A stretch of 64,000 bases of DNA from Hydrolagus affinis (GCA_012026655.1 JAAILG010000096.1:1-64000), one strand, 5' to 3'; shown: positions 11,581 to 24,628, numbered from the stretch's first letter. Program-made: numbers and translations. Notes: generated by a model not told the origin, from the sequence alone.

Positions 11581-11867
11581 AATAATAATCCTTCCATTTG
11601 ATATAACGCTTTTCACATCTTCTAGTCATCCCAAAGCGCTTCAAGAATATACTGTAAAGTGAATCAACTGTATATATGTGGGCGAAACGCGGCACCCAAT
11701 TGTACACAGCAGTGTCCCACAATCTGTCGTGGATTGAAATGCCCAATTTTTTTTGAGGAGTATTGTTAGGCATGGAAACTTGCCCAAGGTTTCACCCTGC
11801 CTGGAATTGAAGCCAGGTTTCTTGCTTGTAAGGCGAGTGCTCTAACCACTGAGCTCCAGGACTCCAC
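11581..11867 (-). mobile_element. Full-length tRNA-derived SINE
   Basis: Reverse-complement match to consensus. Confidence 0.9.
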
Positions 11868-11975
11868 TGAGCTCCATCTGAACAAGTTTCTGTGCATAGT
11901 TTCTTATTGTTCCCAGGTGAATGACCAGATGCCAAATGCTTGGAAATAATATCTGAGGGCTTTGTTTTACAACAG

Positions 11976-12176
11976 GCGACGATGTTACTGTGTATGGTGT
12001 GGTGATGCAGAGATGGAAACCTCTCTCTCCGGATGTCCGTTGTGACCTCGAACTTGTTCTAAAGGCCAATTACCTGGTGGTCGACAATGAACAGTCAACT
12101 GGAGTTATTATCGATGATGATGTCCGCAGGGAATTTGAAGATTTCTGGGAGAAGCACAAAGATGATACTTTAGCAG
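11976..12176 (+). CDS. MCM9: MCM9 coding exon 4 ([16 protein letters not shown]...DDTLA)
   Basis: caacag|GC acceptor, CAG|gtgtgg donor; frame continuous. Confidence 0.95.
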
Positions 12177-12396
12177 GTGTGGAAAGGTCTGCTCTATAAA
12201 CCTTCTAACTTTTCATTTTACAGAGGTACATTTTCAATTTACATGCAATTTACAACCAAAGTATCATTCTTTGTACTGCATTATAACTGTGTTCAACTGT
12301 TGTTGAATTACATATGTGTCCATTAGGCTTCACAGTCAGTTAATAACATGCTGCTTCTTGTCATCACAAAAACCCTTTAATGTTCTTATTTTTAAG

Positions 12397-12522
12397 GGAG
12401 AAATGAAATTCTGGCCAGCATCTGTCCTCAAGTATTTGGCTTGTATCTAGTGAAGCTGGCTGTGGCTATGGTGTTAGCTGGAGGAGTGCAGAAAATTGAT
12501 GCATCAGGAACTAAGGTTAGAG
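12397..12522 (+). CDS. MCM9: MCM9 coding exon 5 ([33 protein letters not shown]...KVR)
   Basis: tttttaag|GG acceptor, AG|gtaagt donor; start of AAA+ domain. Confidence 0.95.
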
Positions 12523-12984
12523 GTAAGTAGTGTAGTAATCTATGTTGTATATAATTATTTTAATAATAATTATAGCATTTAATATATTGTCTTTATACAT
12601 CTCAAAATGTTCATAGGATTTTATTGTAACTATAGTGACTGTACATTTGGAGGTGTCACATAAACAAATATAAAACATATGACAAATTTCATCTTGGACC
12701 TCAATTTCCATGTGCGGGAGCCACTTCCAGTAATGCAGTGCTCAACGATCATTGAATTGGATTGTCAGGCAAAACTATGCGGTCTTACTTCCTAAGAATG
12801 TATAGTTTGGGACACAACATGTCAAGCGGGTGTCAAAATGATGAGTGTTAGAGTGACAGGTGAACTAGATGGATCTTGGTCTTCTTTCACCTGGCAAATT
12901 CTTATATTTTTATGAATGATGATACAAGGAACATCTCGTAAAGCATTTCTTGAATTGATGGGAGTAAACCAATGTTGGTTTTAC

Positions 12985-13220
12985 TTCGGTCAACATTGTT
13001 TCGTTATTACTGTGCTGATACATAAGGGAACATATTTTCATTTAATGTCGCAACTTCAGCTATTACGTTGTTCGCACGTGCGGAAACAAACTACTTTGGG
13101 TAGCGTAGGTGTACATGGACGCTGAACATCCAGTATTTTTGCGCGGGTTCGCTTAACGTCGTTTCGCTTAAAGTCACACTTTTTGCGAATACAACTGCGA
13201 CGTTAAGCGAGGACTAAGTG
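12985..13220. mobile_element. Tigger-like MITE remnant
   Basis: Right end ...CGTTAAGCGAGGACTAAGTG followed by TA; CGCTTAA subterminal repeats; left end degenerate. Confidence 0.55.
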
Positions 13221-13946
13221 TACTAGACAACCTAGTTGTAGATTTGCAGTGTAGATATATTTCAGAGGCTGTGTCATAAGCCAAACATGAAAAAAATTTC
13301 AACTTCCTGGTTATTAGGTTGATTACTTCATATGCAGGAAGTATTACATCCCGACATGAAAGGCGCTCTCTAAATGTCATTTTGTTGTTGTTGCACTTGT
13401 TACTTTTTCAGCTGCTGATGTTATCAGCATTTCCTGGGCATAGGAAGTGACCACTGCAATGTTTCCTGCTTATCATGTTCATGCTCTCAATGCGCAGGAC
13501 ATGACATCACCAATGACCTGGCTATCTGGAAGTCAGCAATTTGCTTGTGCTGGAAGCCAGCTAGTTAGCGCTGAAACCGGGTACATCAAACTTTGGTTAG
13601 CACAGATCTACAGAACACCAGCGCTGGTGGTGGTGGGTGGGAGGAGTGGGTTGTGTGGGGGGTGGGTGGGGGTGGTAGGGATATTGTAATGAGGTTACCC
13701 TGTAATTACCTGCAGTACCTTTTGAGACTTATCAACATGATAAAGCGATATATAAAAAAAGCAAGATCTTATACTGAACTATTTTTACAATTTGTATTTT
13801 GATATAGCTGTACATATTTTTGCTCAAGGTTTACAGAAGTATTGTTACATGAATTTTTCCTTGTCCCAACAGTTTCATCTTTCATCAGCTGATGGTACAG
13901 TATTGGCGTGTGTTACGTAACAGTAATATTTTACTTTATTCTGCAG

Positions 13947-14066
13947 GAGAATCCCACCTATTGCTGGTAGGAGATCCTGGTACTGGGAAGTCTCAGTTTC
14001 TGAAGTATGCTGCAAAAATCATCCCTCGCTCAGTATTGACGGCTGGAATAGGATCCACCAGTGCAG
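13947..14066 (+). CDS. MCM9: MCM9 coding exon 6 ([21 protein letters not shown]...GSTSA), Walker A
   Basis: ttctgcag|GA acceptor, CAG|gtacac donor; P-loop. Confidence 0.96.
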
Positions 14067-14487
14067 GTACACAATATGGTTTATTGCAATTATTGTAATG
14101 TAACTCGGGAAGTTAGTTAAACTCAAGAAATTAAGTCAACCAGTGAACATAGTGGGTTAGTGTAGTGAGCCGTCGATGGTGGAACAGAGGGACTTAAGTG
14201 AAGGAAGCATTTAGAGGAGTAGGATGTGAGCACGACAGAGAGGTACGGAGGTGCCAGGGCATGAAGTAACTTGTAAGCGAGCGTGAGGACCTTGAAATCG
14301 GTGTGTAATTATCTAAAAACAAAAGTAAAATGTTTGGTGATAGTTAGGAGTTCATTGGTAGATTTTAAGTAGAGCTCATTGAGTTCTGTGCTCATAGTAC
14401 AAGGTACATATAATCTGCACATGTGCAGAATGTTGTCCTTCATTCAGTGCAAATAAGTTCAGTTTGTTGGTTTCTTTTCATAAACCT

Positions 14488-14630
14488 TAGCCGGGGCAAA
14501 ACTTTAGGCAAGTTTCCTTACTCCACACATCTCTGTTTACTTAGCAGTGGATAGGAACACAGTTGTTAGTCGATTGGCAGATCACTTTCTAGTGAACCGA
14601 TAAAATTCCAAATAATAATACCTTCAAAAA

Positions 14631-14665
<35 letters not shown>

Positions 14666-14820
14666 CAGTCACTCGATCCATGGCTGTTTGTGGGACGCTG
14701 CTGTGCACAATTAGCTGCCACGTTTCACCCACAAAATATACAGTTAATTCACTTTGCAGTATAATCTGTGAATCGCTTTGGAATAAGGCGCTTTATCAAA
14801 TGCAACAAGGATTATTAAAT
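14488..14820 (+). mobile_element. SINE, long central-domain variant, 5'-truncated
   Basis: Extra segment CTCTGTTTACTTAGCAGTGGATAGGAAC...; internal (GT)n(AT)n. Confidence 0.8.
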
Positions 14821-15428
14821 TCAAACCCTAAATTCTTTTGAACTCTCCCCAACACAATAATGTTATTTCTAGAATATAAGGGCCAACCTTGTGATTTTTA
14901 TGGTGAGAATGCTCTGAAGATGTTCTCAAGATGCATCCTTTATTGCTCCTTTTACTTTGGTTGATAGCCGGTTCACTTTCACTCAAGACTTTTACTGTAC
15001 AATCAATAATTCCTACAGATTCTTTCCCTGTTCCATTTTTCAATGGATCCACTTGAAGCGACACCCTACATTTATATGCTGGATAATCTGGTTTCCACTT
15101 ACCTCCAACACATTGAGTTTAGAAAGTGAAGTCAGTTCAGCAAGAATCTATAATTGTGCATACAATTATGTGCAGCATACAGTATGTGCATGGATACTTT
15201 CAGCCAGCAGGGGGGGATATTTTTCCTAAGTATGCACTGTTTATTCACGTGGATGGTTAAGTGAGAGATCAATATGGTTATACTACAAAATAACAGAGTT
15301 TAAGTCGTGATGTGGACTATGTATGGGTGAGAGAGAAACTTTGGGGAAACCTGGGAGAAAGGTCAGTAAATATAATGTTTAATGGCAAAACAGACTTGCA
15401 CTTGACAATGAGTTGCTGTGTGGACTTG

Positions 15429-15750
15429 TGGAGTCCTGTATCTCAGTGGTTAGAGCACTCGCCTCACGAGCGAGAGACCTGGATTTGATTCCCGGCCAGG
15501 GCAAAACTTTGGGCAAATTCCCTTACTGATGCCTGATAATAATCCCTTAAGAAAAATACAATAATAACTTCAATCCACGACTGTTTGTGGGACATTGCCA
15601 TATGCAGTTGGCTGCCATGTTTGCCCACAAATGTATAGTCAGTTCACTTTACAGAATACAGTATTCAGTATATACACAGTATATTCTGTGAAGTGCTTTG
15701 AGATGTCTAGAAGACAAGTGAAAAGCAGTTTATCAAATGCAAGGATTGTT
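15429..15750 (+). mobile_element. Full-length tRNA-derived SINE
   Basis: Consensus match; local duplications at 15652-15680. Confidence 0.88.
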
Positions 15751-16136
15751 CTTAAATTTATTGACAATTGGAGCAGCACTTAATCAATTCTTTGCATCGT
15801 TTTCTGTTCTCTTTGACTGTCTATATATTAAAAATATTGTTGTTATCCATTTCTGAAACCATGATCTGAAACTTGTCCACATTTTTACAATAATGTGAAG
15901 CATTCACTGGATACATTGGTCAAATGTAAATGCGAAGATTACTTTATTACAATGCAGCACACTTTACATTTATATGTACTTGCAAATTTCTTTCAATATG
16001 TCTTTCCATATGTTTTTCATAGCTTGATGTTTATTTTGACCTTGTCAATTGGCAACCGCGTTTCACCCACAAAATACACAATTCACTTGGCAATGACATG
16101 ATCTCGCGCTATATCAAATTCAAGGACTATTGTTAT

Positions 16137-16305
16137 TATCCTCATCCACACCTTCATTACATTCCTCTCCTCTTTGATGAACCCATCGCCAACTCCCCAC
16201 TCTCCATTGTCCTCAGCTCGGGTCTGAAGCAGTAGCTGTCCAGCACCTTGGGATGTCCTCCTGATGTGAAATGCGCTATACAAATGTAATTTTGTTGTTG
16301 TTGTT
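16137..16305 (+). mobile_element. L2 3' end fragment
   Basis: 3' UTR and (TTG)n tail similar to the 419-1040 element. Confidence 0.7.
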
Positions 16306-17654
16306 ATCATTATCACCCATGGCGTCAAGATCATTTATTGGAAGGACCAAAGTTGATTGACTGAGTAGACTTGTGACCTGAGGCTTTTAAAGTAAACTGA
16401 ACAGTAACATTTTACATTAAAGAAAATGTAAAATGTCTCAAAGAAAAGAGCTTTGTCTGAATCACCACCAGTGAATGCACCTCTGATAGTCATGGGTGAA
16501 ACTCTTGTAAATTACATTGGTTTGCCTTGAGAATATTCGAACAATGCCTGTGTACATCAAAGAGCCTTTTGTTGGCAGACACACAGCAGAGACAATGGTG
16601 GAGTACTTTTAAAAAACCCCACAATCTCATTTTCCACGGGGAATATCGATGTAAGTATTTTTTTAGAAAAACGTAATCATTTATAACAGGTTAAATAAAA
16701 TGGAAACAAAAGTGTTAATAGGTAAAGCAAAGCTCCTTTAAACTTGATACCAATTTTTTTGAACTATTTTTGCTTAAGACTCTCACCACAGGACAGCATA
16801 GAAAATGTGATATCTAACTGCAGATTCTGTAGCACAGTTTTATAAATAACTGCACTTCTAGTTTTTAAATTTTACATACAGTATTAGGTTTAAGGCTCAC
16901 TTAGAGAGCTGTCTTATCCAGGTGCCTCTAATTTGTATAAGCAACAATTCCACCCAATTCCAGCAGATGGCTGAGGTTACATAACATTTTCATGTTAACT
17001 CATTCACACCTACATATTCCACTGCATGTCTTCGAGGCTTGATATTTGTCAAATTATTAGCCTGGTGATCATTAACTGCATATTTTTCCTACAAAATGTA
17101 CGGTCAATGCACTTTACATTATGTTCTGTGAAATACTTTGAGACGTCTTAAAGATGTGATAAAATGCAAGGTTGGATGTCTATAATTATTGTCGCCTGAT
17201 TGAGCAGAATTTTGGAAAAATTTGGTAGCCAGTTTTCAGTTTTTTTTTCAAATAAAATCTGTCTTTCAAAATAAAGTAAAATACAAAAGAGAAATTACAA
17301 GTTAGGAGGAAGACTCAAGGTGTTTAACAGTTCTGGGCTGGGGTGGACGGGGGGTTCAGGATAAGGTCTGGTCAAAGAGATAGGTTTTGAGATGGACCTT
17401 GTCAAAAACAAAAACAAAATTACATTTGTAGAGTGCCTTCCTTTAGTGAGTGAGTTGTGGGGACTCCAGGATAGTATTCCAGATAGTGGGGCAGAAAGGC
17501 TGAAAGTACTCTTGGAAACACATCAAGCACCATTCCATATCAAATGGTCCATTACATTCACATGTATTTTAGTGAATTAACTCATTTGGTGTCTCACCTC
17601 TACCAATAACAACCATAATACTAGAAAATTACAGTGAATTTGAATGACTTGTGA

Positions 17655-17855
<201 letters not shown>

Positions 17856-18614
17856 TAAGATGTTTATACAAATTCTTTATGTTAGTTTTACAGGACTCTT
17901 AAGCATAGTGAGGAACTATTATTATGTTTGGCATCAGACAAGATTTCCATGATGGTCAGGCAGTCACAATGTTTTCTTGCAGAAAAATAGTTCATATAAT
18001 TTTAAATGAAATCTTAAAGGTACAAGGTGCTTAAGGTGCTTAAAAACCTTAAGGTGCTATAAAGTGGTAGAACAGTCTTGATGGGCTGAATGGTTTATTC
18101 TATTCCTAGGTACGAATCATGTACAGTGTGTGATCATGTATAGTGATACATTAGTTAAATTGTTTTGATACCAATAAAATTATTTTAAAAAGCGAACACA
18201 TGTAGGATGTCCAAAATACACTCTGCTGGTCTGATAAGTTGTATGTTTTTTTTATCAAAACGTTGTGCATGTTCCTACATTAACACAATGAATACAATTA
18301 CATCAAATAATTATTCCTTAAAACTTCATGTTGGCTAGTTTGGTACAGTTTATGGCAGGCAATTGAGACATAAATTTGCATATGAGCCACAGGACGTCAC
18401 AGAATACCCAAATAGGTTTGTGTGCATAGTTTCTTGTTGTTCTAAAATTCTCTGGTTTACTGGATAGAGTTGAGCTTCATTATAAGGTGGCTCTTGAGAT
18501 CCATAAATTCCCAACCCGCCTTACAAGGAGGTCCGATAGCTGGTATAACTATACATGCACACAGATGGCATGGCTCCCTGCGCACTGGACAGTTCCCGCT
18601 CTGAACAAAAAGGT

Positions 18615-18724
18615 CAACTTCCAGGTCATCATGTAGCTGTAGATGTCACTTCCTATGTGCTGCTCGAGTACGGGTGCAGTGTGGAGGAAGTGACATTAGC
18701 AGTGATCTAATGACCTGGAAGTTG
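18615..18724. repeat. Inverted repeat / hairpin (probable palindromic MITE core)
   Basis: CAACTTCCAGGTCAT/ATGACCTGGAAGTTG and ATGTCACTTCCT/AGGAAGTGACAT arms. Confidence 0.85.
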
Positions 18725-19110
18725 GCATCTTTTAGCCCTGTAATCAGCTGGTTTGCGGGATATATGTTATCTGGTAGGGCACAAATATAGTAAATAATAG
18801 TAAATTTATGACATTCCATTATGTTATAAATTTCAGCGCCTTGGGACGTCCTCCCGACGTGAATGGTGCTCTAGATGTGTAATTTTGTTGTTGTTATTGT
18901 AAGCAACACTGCATGAAATGCTGCGATAATGGGACAGAACTATAATTTGAATATTTTGGTATTATTGGTTTTAGTATAGGAACATAAGAGTTGGACAAAC
19001 TGCTCTTTAGAACTGCATCTTATAAGAATATTATTTTCCTGTCAATAGATTGAACAAAATATTGCATCACCAGTTAACCCACATCTATAAATGTCGCCCT
19101 GTATTTTTAG

Positions 19111-19313
19111 CCTTGTATGCCAGTTGAACACAAGGACCACTATACTGGCAGCTACAAATCCAAAAGGTCACTATGACGTTCATGAATCCATTGCTGTGAA
19201 CACAACCCTGGCCAGTCCATTGCTGAGCAGATTTGACCTTGTGATAGTACTCTTGGATACCAAAAACGAAGAATGGGACAAAGTCATAGCTTCTTTTATC
19301 CTAGAAAACAAAG
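19111..19313 (+). CDS. MCM9: MCM9 coding exon 8 ([19 protein letters not shown]...LLSRFDL...ENK), sensor 1/arginine finger
   Basis: atttttag|C acceptor, AAG|gtttgc donor; SRFD motif. Confidence 0.96.
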
Positions 19314-19491
19314 GTTTGCCCTAAGAATTGAAACATTATTTCCTCCCTTGGATTTGCATTCCATGTACTGTACTTCAGAAACATTTAAATATTTTTTTTC
19401 AAGTTGTTCACAAATGAAATAGAAAAGTTTTTTTTGTTCAAATGAATGGTTGGTGATGTTATAAATAATTTGTTTCCCTGAAAATCTGCAG

Positions 19492-19695
19492 CCTGCCCGA
19501 CCACAAGTGAAAAATTGTGGAGCATGGAGAAACTGAAAACTTACTTCTGTCTCATCAAGACTTTGCAACCTAAAATTTCTAGTGGAGCAGATAAAATCCT
19601 AGTAAAATATTATCAATTGCAGCGTCAGAGCGGGTTCAGGAACGCTGCGAGAACCACGATCCGCATGCTGGAGAGCCTGGTCCGCTTGGCTGAAG
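19492..19695 (+). CDS. MCM9: MCM9 coding exon 9 ([17 protein letters not shown]...[15 protein letters not shown]), sensor 2
   Basis: atctgcag|CC acceptor, AAG|gtgaga donor. Confidence 0.95.
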
Positions 19696-19794
19696 GTGAG
19701 AATCCTCACATCTAATGATCAGATCAGTCTCCGTGCATCTAAATACGCTTTCTGAATGGAGTGAAAACTACAGTTTCAGTAAAGACATAGTCGC

Positions 19795-20030
19795 AGGCAC
19801 CATCCTTCAGATGAGACGCTGAATCGAGGTCTCGTCTACCTGTGCTACTTGAAAAGAGAAGAGTTTCTCCCAGTGTCCTGCTTAACAACCTTCCAACCAA
19901 AAAATGGTCATTCACTTCATTTGTGGGCCCTCACTGTGTGCATATTGGTTGCCAGATTTCCCTACAAATGAACAGCCACTTTGACATAATAAGGCACTAT
20001 AGATATGTCAAATGCGAGGATTGTTATTGA
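19795..20030 (+). mobile_element. Old Deu-type SINE fragment
   Basis: cttcagatgagacgctgaatcgaggtctcgtct...tttctcccagtgtcctg...tttgtggg Deu-domain-like sequence. Confidence 0.6.
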
Positions 20031-20056
20031 ATAGAGGGACCAGATTGTGGTTAGGA

Positions 20057-20640
20057 ACTACAACAACAAAATTACATTTGTCTTTCACAGCCAGAGGATG
20101 TCCCGTGGTGCAGGACAGAGAGTCAGTGTTTGGAACCCGAGCTGAGGTCGGGATCAGGGAGGGGAATTGAAGGTGGGGGGTAGGTCTGATGACACCGTCT
20201 TGCCGCAGGACTTAAAGGAGGCTAGGGAAAGGGGGTAGGCGGAGGGATTGTGGAATGGAAATCGAAACGTTGGTGGCAGAGTGGCTGAAGGCTCTACCAA
20301 TGGTGAGGCGGATGGGTCTATAGTGGAGGGAGCAGACAGGTTGGTAGCGGGTTAGGAGGTCACAAAGGTAGGGTAAGGCAAGGCCATGGAGGGCTTTAAA
20401 GGTGAGGAACAGGATCTTGGATTGAATCCTCTGGGTGATGGGAAGCCAGTGGGGTCGGGCGAGAGTGGGGGTAAAGGGGTCATCAATCTTGGTGCCGGAG
20501 AGGATACGGGCTGCAGAGTTCTGGGTGATCTGCAGCCTATGGAGGGAGGAGCTGGGGAGGCCTACAAGCAGGGCTTTGGCATACTGGAGCCTGGACGTGG
20601 TGAAGGCACGAATGAAAGTTTCAGCGGCCTGAGGGGTGTG
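20057..20640 (-). mobile_element. L2 LINE 3' fragment
   Basis: Degenerate ORF2 C-terminus and (TTG)n tail. Confidence 0.85.
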
Positions 20641-20649
20641 GTCGTAAGC

Positions 20650-20950
20650 ACTTGCAAGTAATTGCTGTAAAGTGAATGTGTATCTGTAGGCAAATGTGAC
20701 AGCAGTGTCCCACTAACAGTCAGGAAGAGAATGAACAATTTATTTTTAGAAAGATTGTTGGCCAGTACACTGGAAAAACTCCCCTTTCTGTATAGAGCCA
20801 TGGAGTCTTTAATGTTCACTTGATCAAGTAAACAGAATCGTATTTTAATATCTATCTCAATAAAGGATGGCAATTTCAACAATGCTGAGCTCCCCCGGCA
20901 CTCAACTGTACGGGAGTGTCAGGCTAGATTGTAAGCTCAGAGGTCTCACA
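20650..20950 (-). mobile_element. Old Deu-type SINE fragment
   Basis: Reverse-complement similarity to 60655-61100. Confidence 0.55.
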
Positions 20951-20977
20951 TGGAGTTTCTTCTGGTGTTCTGACCAA

Positions 20978-21453
20978 CAATAACAATAATAATCTTTGCA
21001 TTTACATCTTCTAGATGTCTCAAAGCGCTTCACAGAATATACTATAGGGGGAATTGACTATATTTGTGGGAAAAATGCAGCAGCCAATTGCGCACAGCAG
21101 CAAACAGTCGTGGATTGAAATAACCAATTTATTATTATTATTTTTCCGAGGGATGTGGAGTAAGGAAACTTGCCCAAGTTTTCCCCCTGCCTGGAAATGA
21201 ACCCAGGTCTCTCGCTTGCAAGGCGAGTGCTACAACAACAACTTGCATTTATACAGCGCCCCCATGCCAGATAGTGTCTCAGAGTGCTTCACAATAGCGG
21301 GGCCCAGGACTGAGCCAGGGGGAGGGGGAAGGTGATCCTAGGTGCGGTTGAATAGAAAGATCTTTAGGCGCAACCTGAAAATGGAAAAAGAGTGGGTGAG
21401 GTGGAGGGATTGAGGGAGGGTCTGAGAGTATTCTAACCACTGAGCTACCTCCA
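20978..21453 (-). mobile_element. tRNA-derived SINE split by an L2 tail inserted in its head
   Basis: SINE breaks at ...GGCGAGTGCT (21231) and resumes ...TCTAACCACTGAGCTAC (~21432). Confidence 0.85.
21232..21430 (-). mobile_element. L2 3' end (second L2 family)
   Basis: (TTG)n tail; similar to 35493-35770. Confidence 0.75.
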
Positions 21454-21990
21454 CATCTTGTGTCTGGCCTTCGTGATAGGTTGCTCAAACATACAAATGA
21501 AATGCTGCCTGTCTGTCTGTCTCCCTCCCTCCCTCCCATACTGCTGATGAAATACAGACTGACTGTTGGGAGAGGGAACACTCTGAGTCTCCTGTACTGT
21601 TAAAGGGTTTTAAGAGAAGGTTACTGAAGAGGCTTCTCATTGGTTCTCATTTTACTGTGACTGGTGTGAAGGAAACTGATTCACACTTGAAAGCTGAGGC
21701 TGACCGGTGCAATGTTCTGCTGCTCTTTTGACGTCAGCAGAATGAAGATCTTAACATGCATTGGCACCAACAACAGCTAAAGATAGTACCATGCCCCAGC
21801 AGCTCAGAACACACCATAAAAGGCAAACGCCAGATTTAGGAGGTAACATCTAAGCAATACTGTTCGACACCAATTATTACTATAGAAAAGCAAGGTTCAA
21901 ACTGAGCTCTGCAGAGAGTTGGAAATCACTTCATATATTGGCACTGTTAAGTGTAGGTTGTACAGACCTGGGTTGTATAAACCAATGTAG

Positions 21991-22350
21991 ATAATAATAA
22001 CAATAATAATCGTTCCATTTGATATAGCACCTCATCACATCTTCTAGATGTCTCAAAGTACCTCACAGTACATACTGTAAAGTGAATTCACTATTTTGTG
22101 AGCAAATTTTGGTAGCCAATTGCACACAGCAGTGTCCCACAAACAGTCGTGGATTGAGCAATTTTTTTTCGAAGGGATTATAAGATGTGGAAAAGCAATC
22201 TGCTAATCAACTAACAATCAGGTTCCTAATTACTGCTAGGTAAACAGGCATGTGGAGTAAGGAAACTAAGGTTTTGCACTGCTAGGAATCAAATTCAGGT
22301 TCTCTTGCTTGCAAGGCGAGTGGTCTAAGAACAAAGCTACAGGACACCAC
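21991..22350 (-). mobile_element. Full-length SINE, long central-domain variant
   Basis: tRNA head plus CTGTTTACCTAGCAGTAATTAGGAACC segment on the minus strand. Confidence 0.85.
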
Positions 22351-22942
22351 AATAGTAGAAATGCCACCATATTAGATTTGGGGTGAAAACTTGCATAAGT
22401 TAATCATGGCAAGTCACCAGTGGAATGAATTTAAATCCTGCTTAAGCCCATACCCTCTATTAAATGGTCACCGAATATTTGTCCTTTGAATCTGAAATAT
22501 ACCATTGCTCCAGTGTCATTACTTCTGAATAGATAGTTTTAGTATTGCCTACTAAAGACCAGGTTATTTCTACAAAATGAGGATTACTTTTAAAGAGAAT
22601 TTGATTAACGACATTACTGCATTTTGTGTTTACCAAGGTAAACTGTCTTGAGCTGTTAATATTTATATGCTAATTTCTGAGATTTCTTTTAAGGAACATT
22701 ATCAGTGCAGGCCTGCCTGCCAATGGCAATAATGTTTTTGCACTAAAGTGATTGATTATGTATGCTTCCCTTCATTACTAGTATTGTACGAGTACTAGCA
22801 CCAGAAAAGTAATTCGAACCTTGTTCTCTTACTCAATCGTTATCTATTTTTAATTATTGTTTGTGCCTCTCGAATTCTCTAAATGCAAGTTGTTGTTGAA
22901 ATTGTCACCAATGTTGTGTTTACATTTTATATTATTTTGCAG

Positions 22943-23025
22943 CTCACGCCAGACTGATGTTTCGAGATACTGTAACCATTGAAGATGCCATCACAGTGGT
23001 CTCTGTAATGGAGTCTTCCATGCAG
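22943..23025 (+). CDS. MCM9: MCM9 coding exon 10 ([28 protein letters not shown])
   Basis: ttttgcag|CT acceptor, CAG|gtgcgc donor; continues LAEAHARL. Confidence 0.95.
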
Positions 23026-23663
23026 GTGCGCATTGTCATAAATTGTTAAGATTACCACCAATTTGCCAGATAAAATTGATCATTAAATTCACAACTCTTT
23101 GGGGACATTACTGAGTACAAATTGGCTGCCGAGTTCGCCTACATAACACGCAGTCACCACATTTTACACTAAAATCCTGTAACGCAGTGTGAAACGTACT
23201 TTTTGCATGAATGGCTCTTTATTAAACACAAAGATTATTCTTAGTATTATTAAGATATTTTGACTAAGAATGTTCTTCCCCAAGAAGGATTTAAAACCAC
23301 AGACTCAATTTACTGTTCACAATGCATAGTTAAAAATCAAAATTGGCTTCATTTTGATAAAGCAAAGTCTGTAGCAATTTATTTTCTTTTTCATTTTTAA
23401 TTTTTCATTCTAACATTAGGACACAAGGATGTTGATATCAGACTGGGCAGCTTTTTTGAGTATGGAAGAGGCAGAAATTTCTTGTTTGAAGTCACATGTT
23501 AATGGAAAGATTGAAAAGACTGTATCAAGCACCTAATTGCTCAAAGAATGTTTTACAGTAAATAGCTATTGAAGCTGTGACCATAGCAAGATTTTAAAGC
23601 AGGAATTTAATAAAATTCGAATGGGAACAATATAAGTGTACGGAAGCAGTAAAGAACTGGGAT

Positions 23664-24250
23664 TAAAACAAAAACAGCAACAAACTTACATTTGTATAGT
23701 GCCTTTCACATCAGGAGGACGTCCCAAGGCGCTGGACAGTTACTGCTTTGGACCTGAGCAGGGGGCGGAGGGAAGGGGAAGATTAGGAGATGGATTCATC
23801 AAAGAGGAGAGTCTTGAGATGAGACCTGAAGAAGGTCAGGGAGGGGGCGAGGCGGAGGGACTGCGGGATGGAGTTCCAGAGGTTGGGGGCAGAGTGGCTG
23901 AAAGATCACGCACCAATGGTGGGGCGGGGGACGTGAAGCAGGTCAGAGCCTGATTAGCGGAGAAGGCGGGCAGGTTGGTAAGGGGATAGGAGGTCACGGA
24001 TGTGGGGTGCGGCGAGGTTGTGGAGGGGTTTAAATGTGAGGATCAGAATCTTGAATTGGATCCTCTGGATGATGGGGAGCCGAGTCAGGGGAGGATGGGG
24101 GAGATGGGATCACAGAGTTTGGAATGGTAGCGGACACGGGCCGCAGAGTTTGAATTATCTGCAGCCTATGGAGGGAGGAATTGGGAAGGCCGACCAGCAG
24201 GGTGTTTGCATGATCTAGCCAGGATGTAATGAAGGTGTGGATGTGGCTGT
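23664..24250 (-). mobile_element. L2 LINE 3' fragment
   Basis: IHTFITSWLDHANTLLVGLPNSSLHRLQIIQ; tail. Confidence 0.85.
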
Positions 24251-24628
24251 CAGGATAGCGATAAAATAGAAGATCTGGCACAAGAATGAAAGCTTGATGA
24301 GTCTTTTGTGCAGTACAGTTCAGTACAGTACAATACAACAAGAGGATGTCCCAAAGCACTTTTCTATGCACATTTAGATGCAGCAACATGCAATATATTG
24401 CAATCCTCTTGAGATGTTACTTAAAAAATTGATATCCCAATGTTCACAGCACTTTACTGATAGGGGGCTTGTATTCTGCTTATTGGCAAATTTATCAAAT
24501 TTTGAAAGCAAGAATAATTATTCACTACTTAACCTTTTGTAAACGTACCCCCACCCCCCCTCCCAAATGTTTATAATTGCCGCACTTTATTTTCTATAAA
24601 TCTAGTTGACGATGTACTCTGTTTCCAG

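Noticed and set aside
14828-15105. Minus-strand ORF with a nearby GTAAGT donor, as a nested gene (ASF1-like)
   Set aside because: No similarity to ASF1 or any protein I recognise; the implied intron would be under 40 nt.
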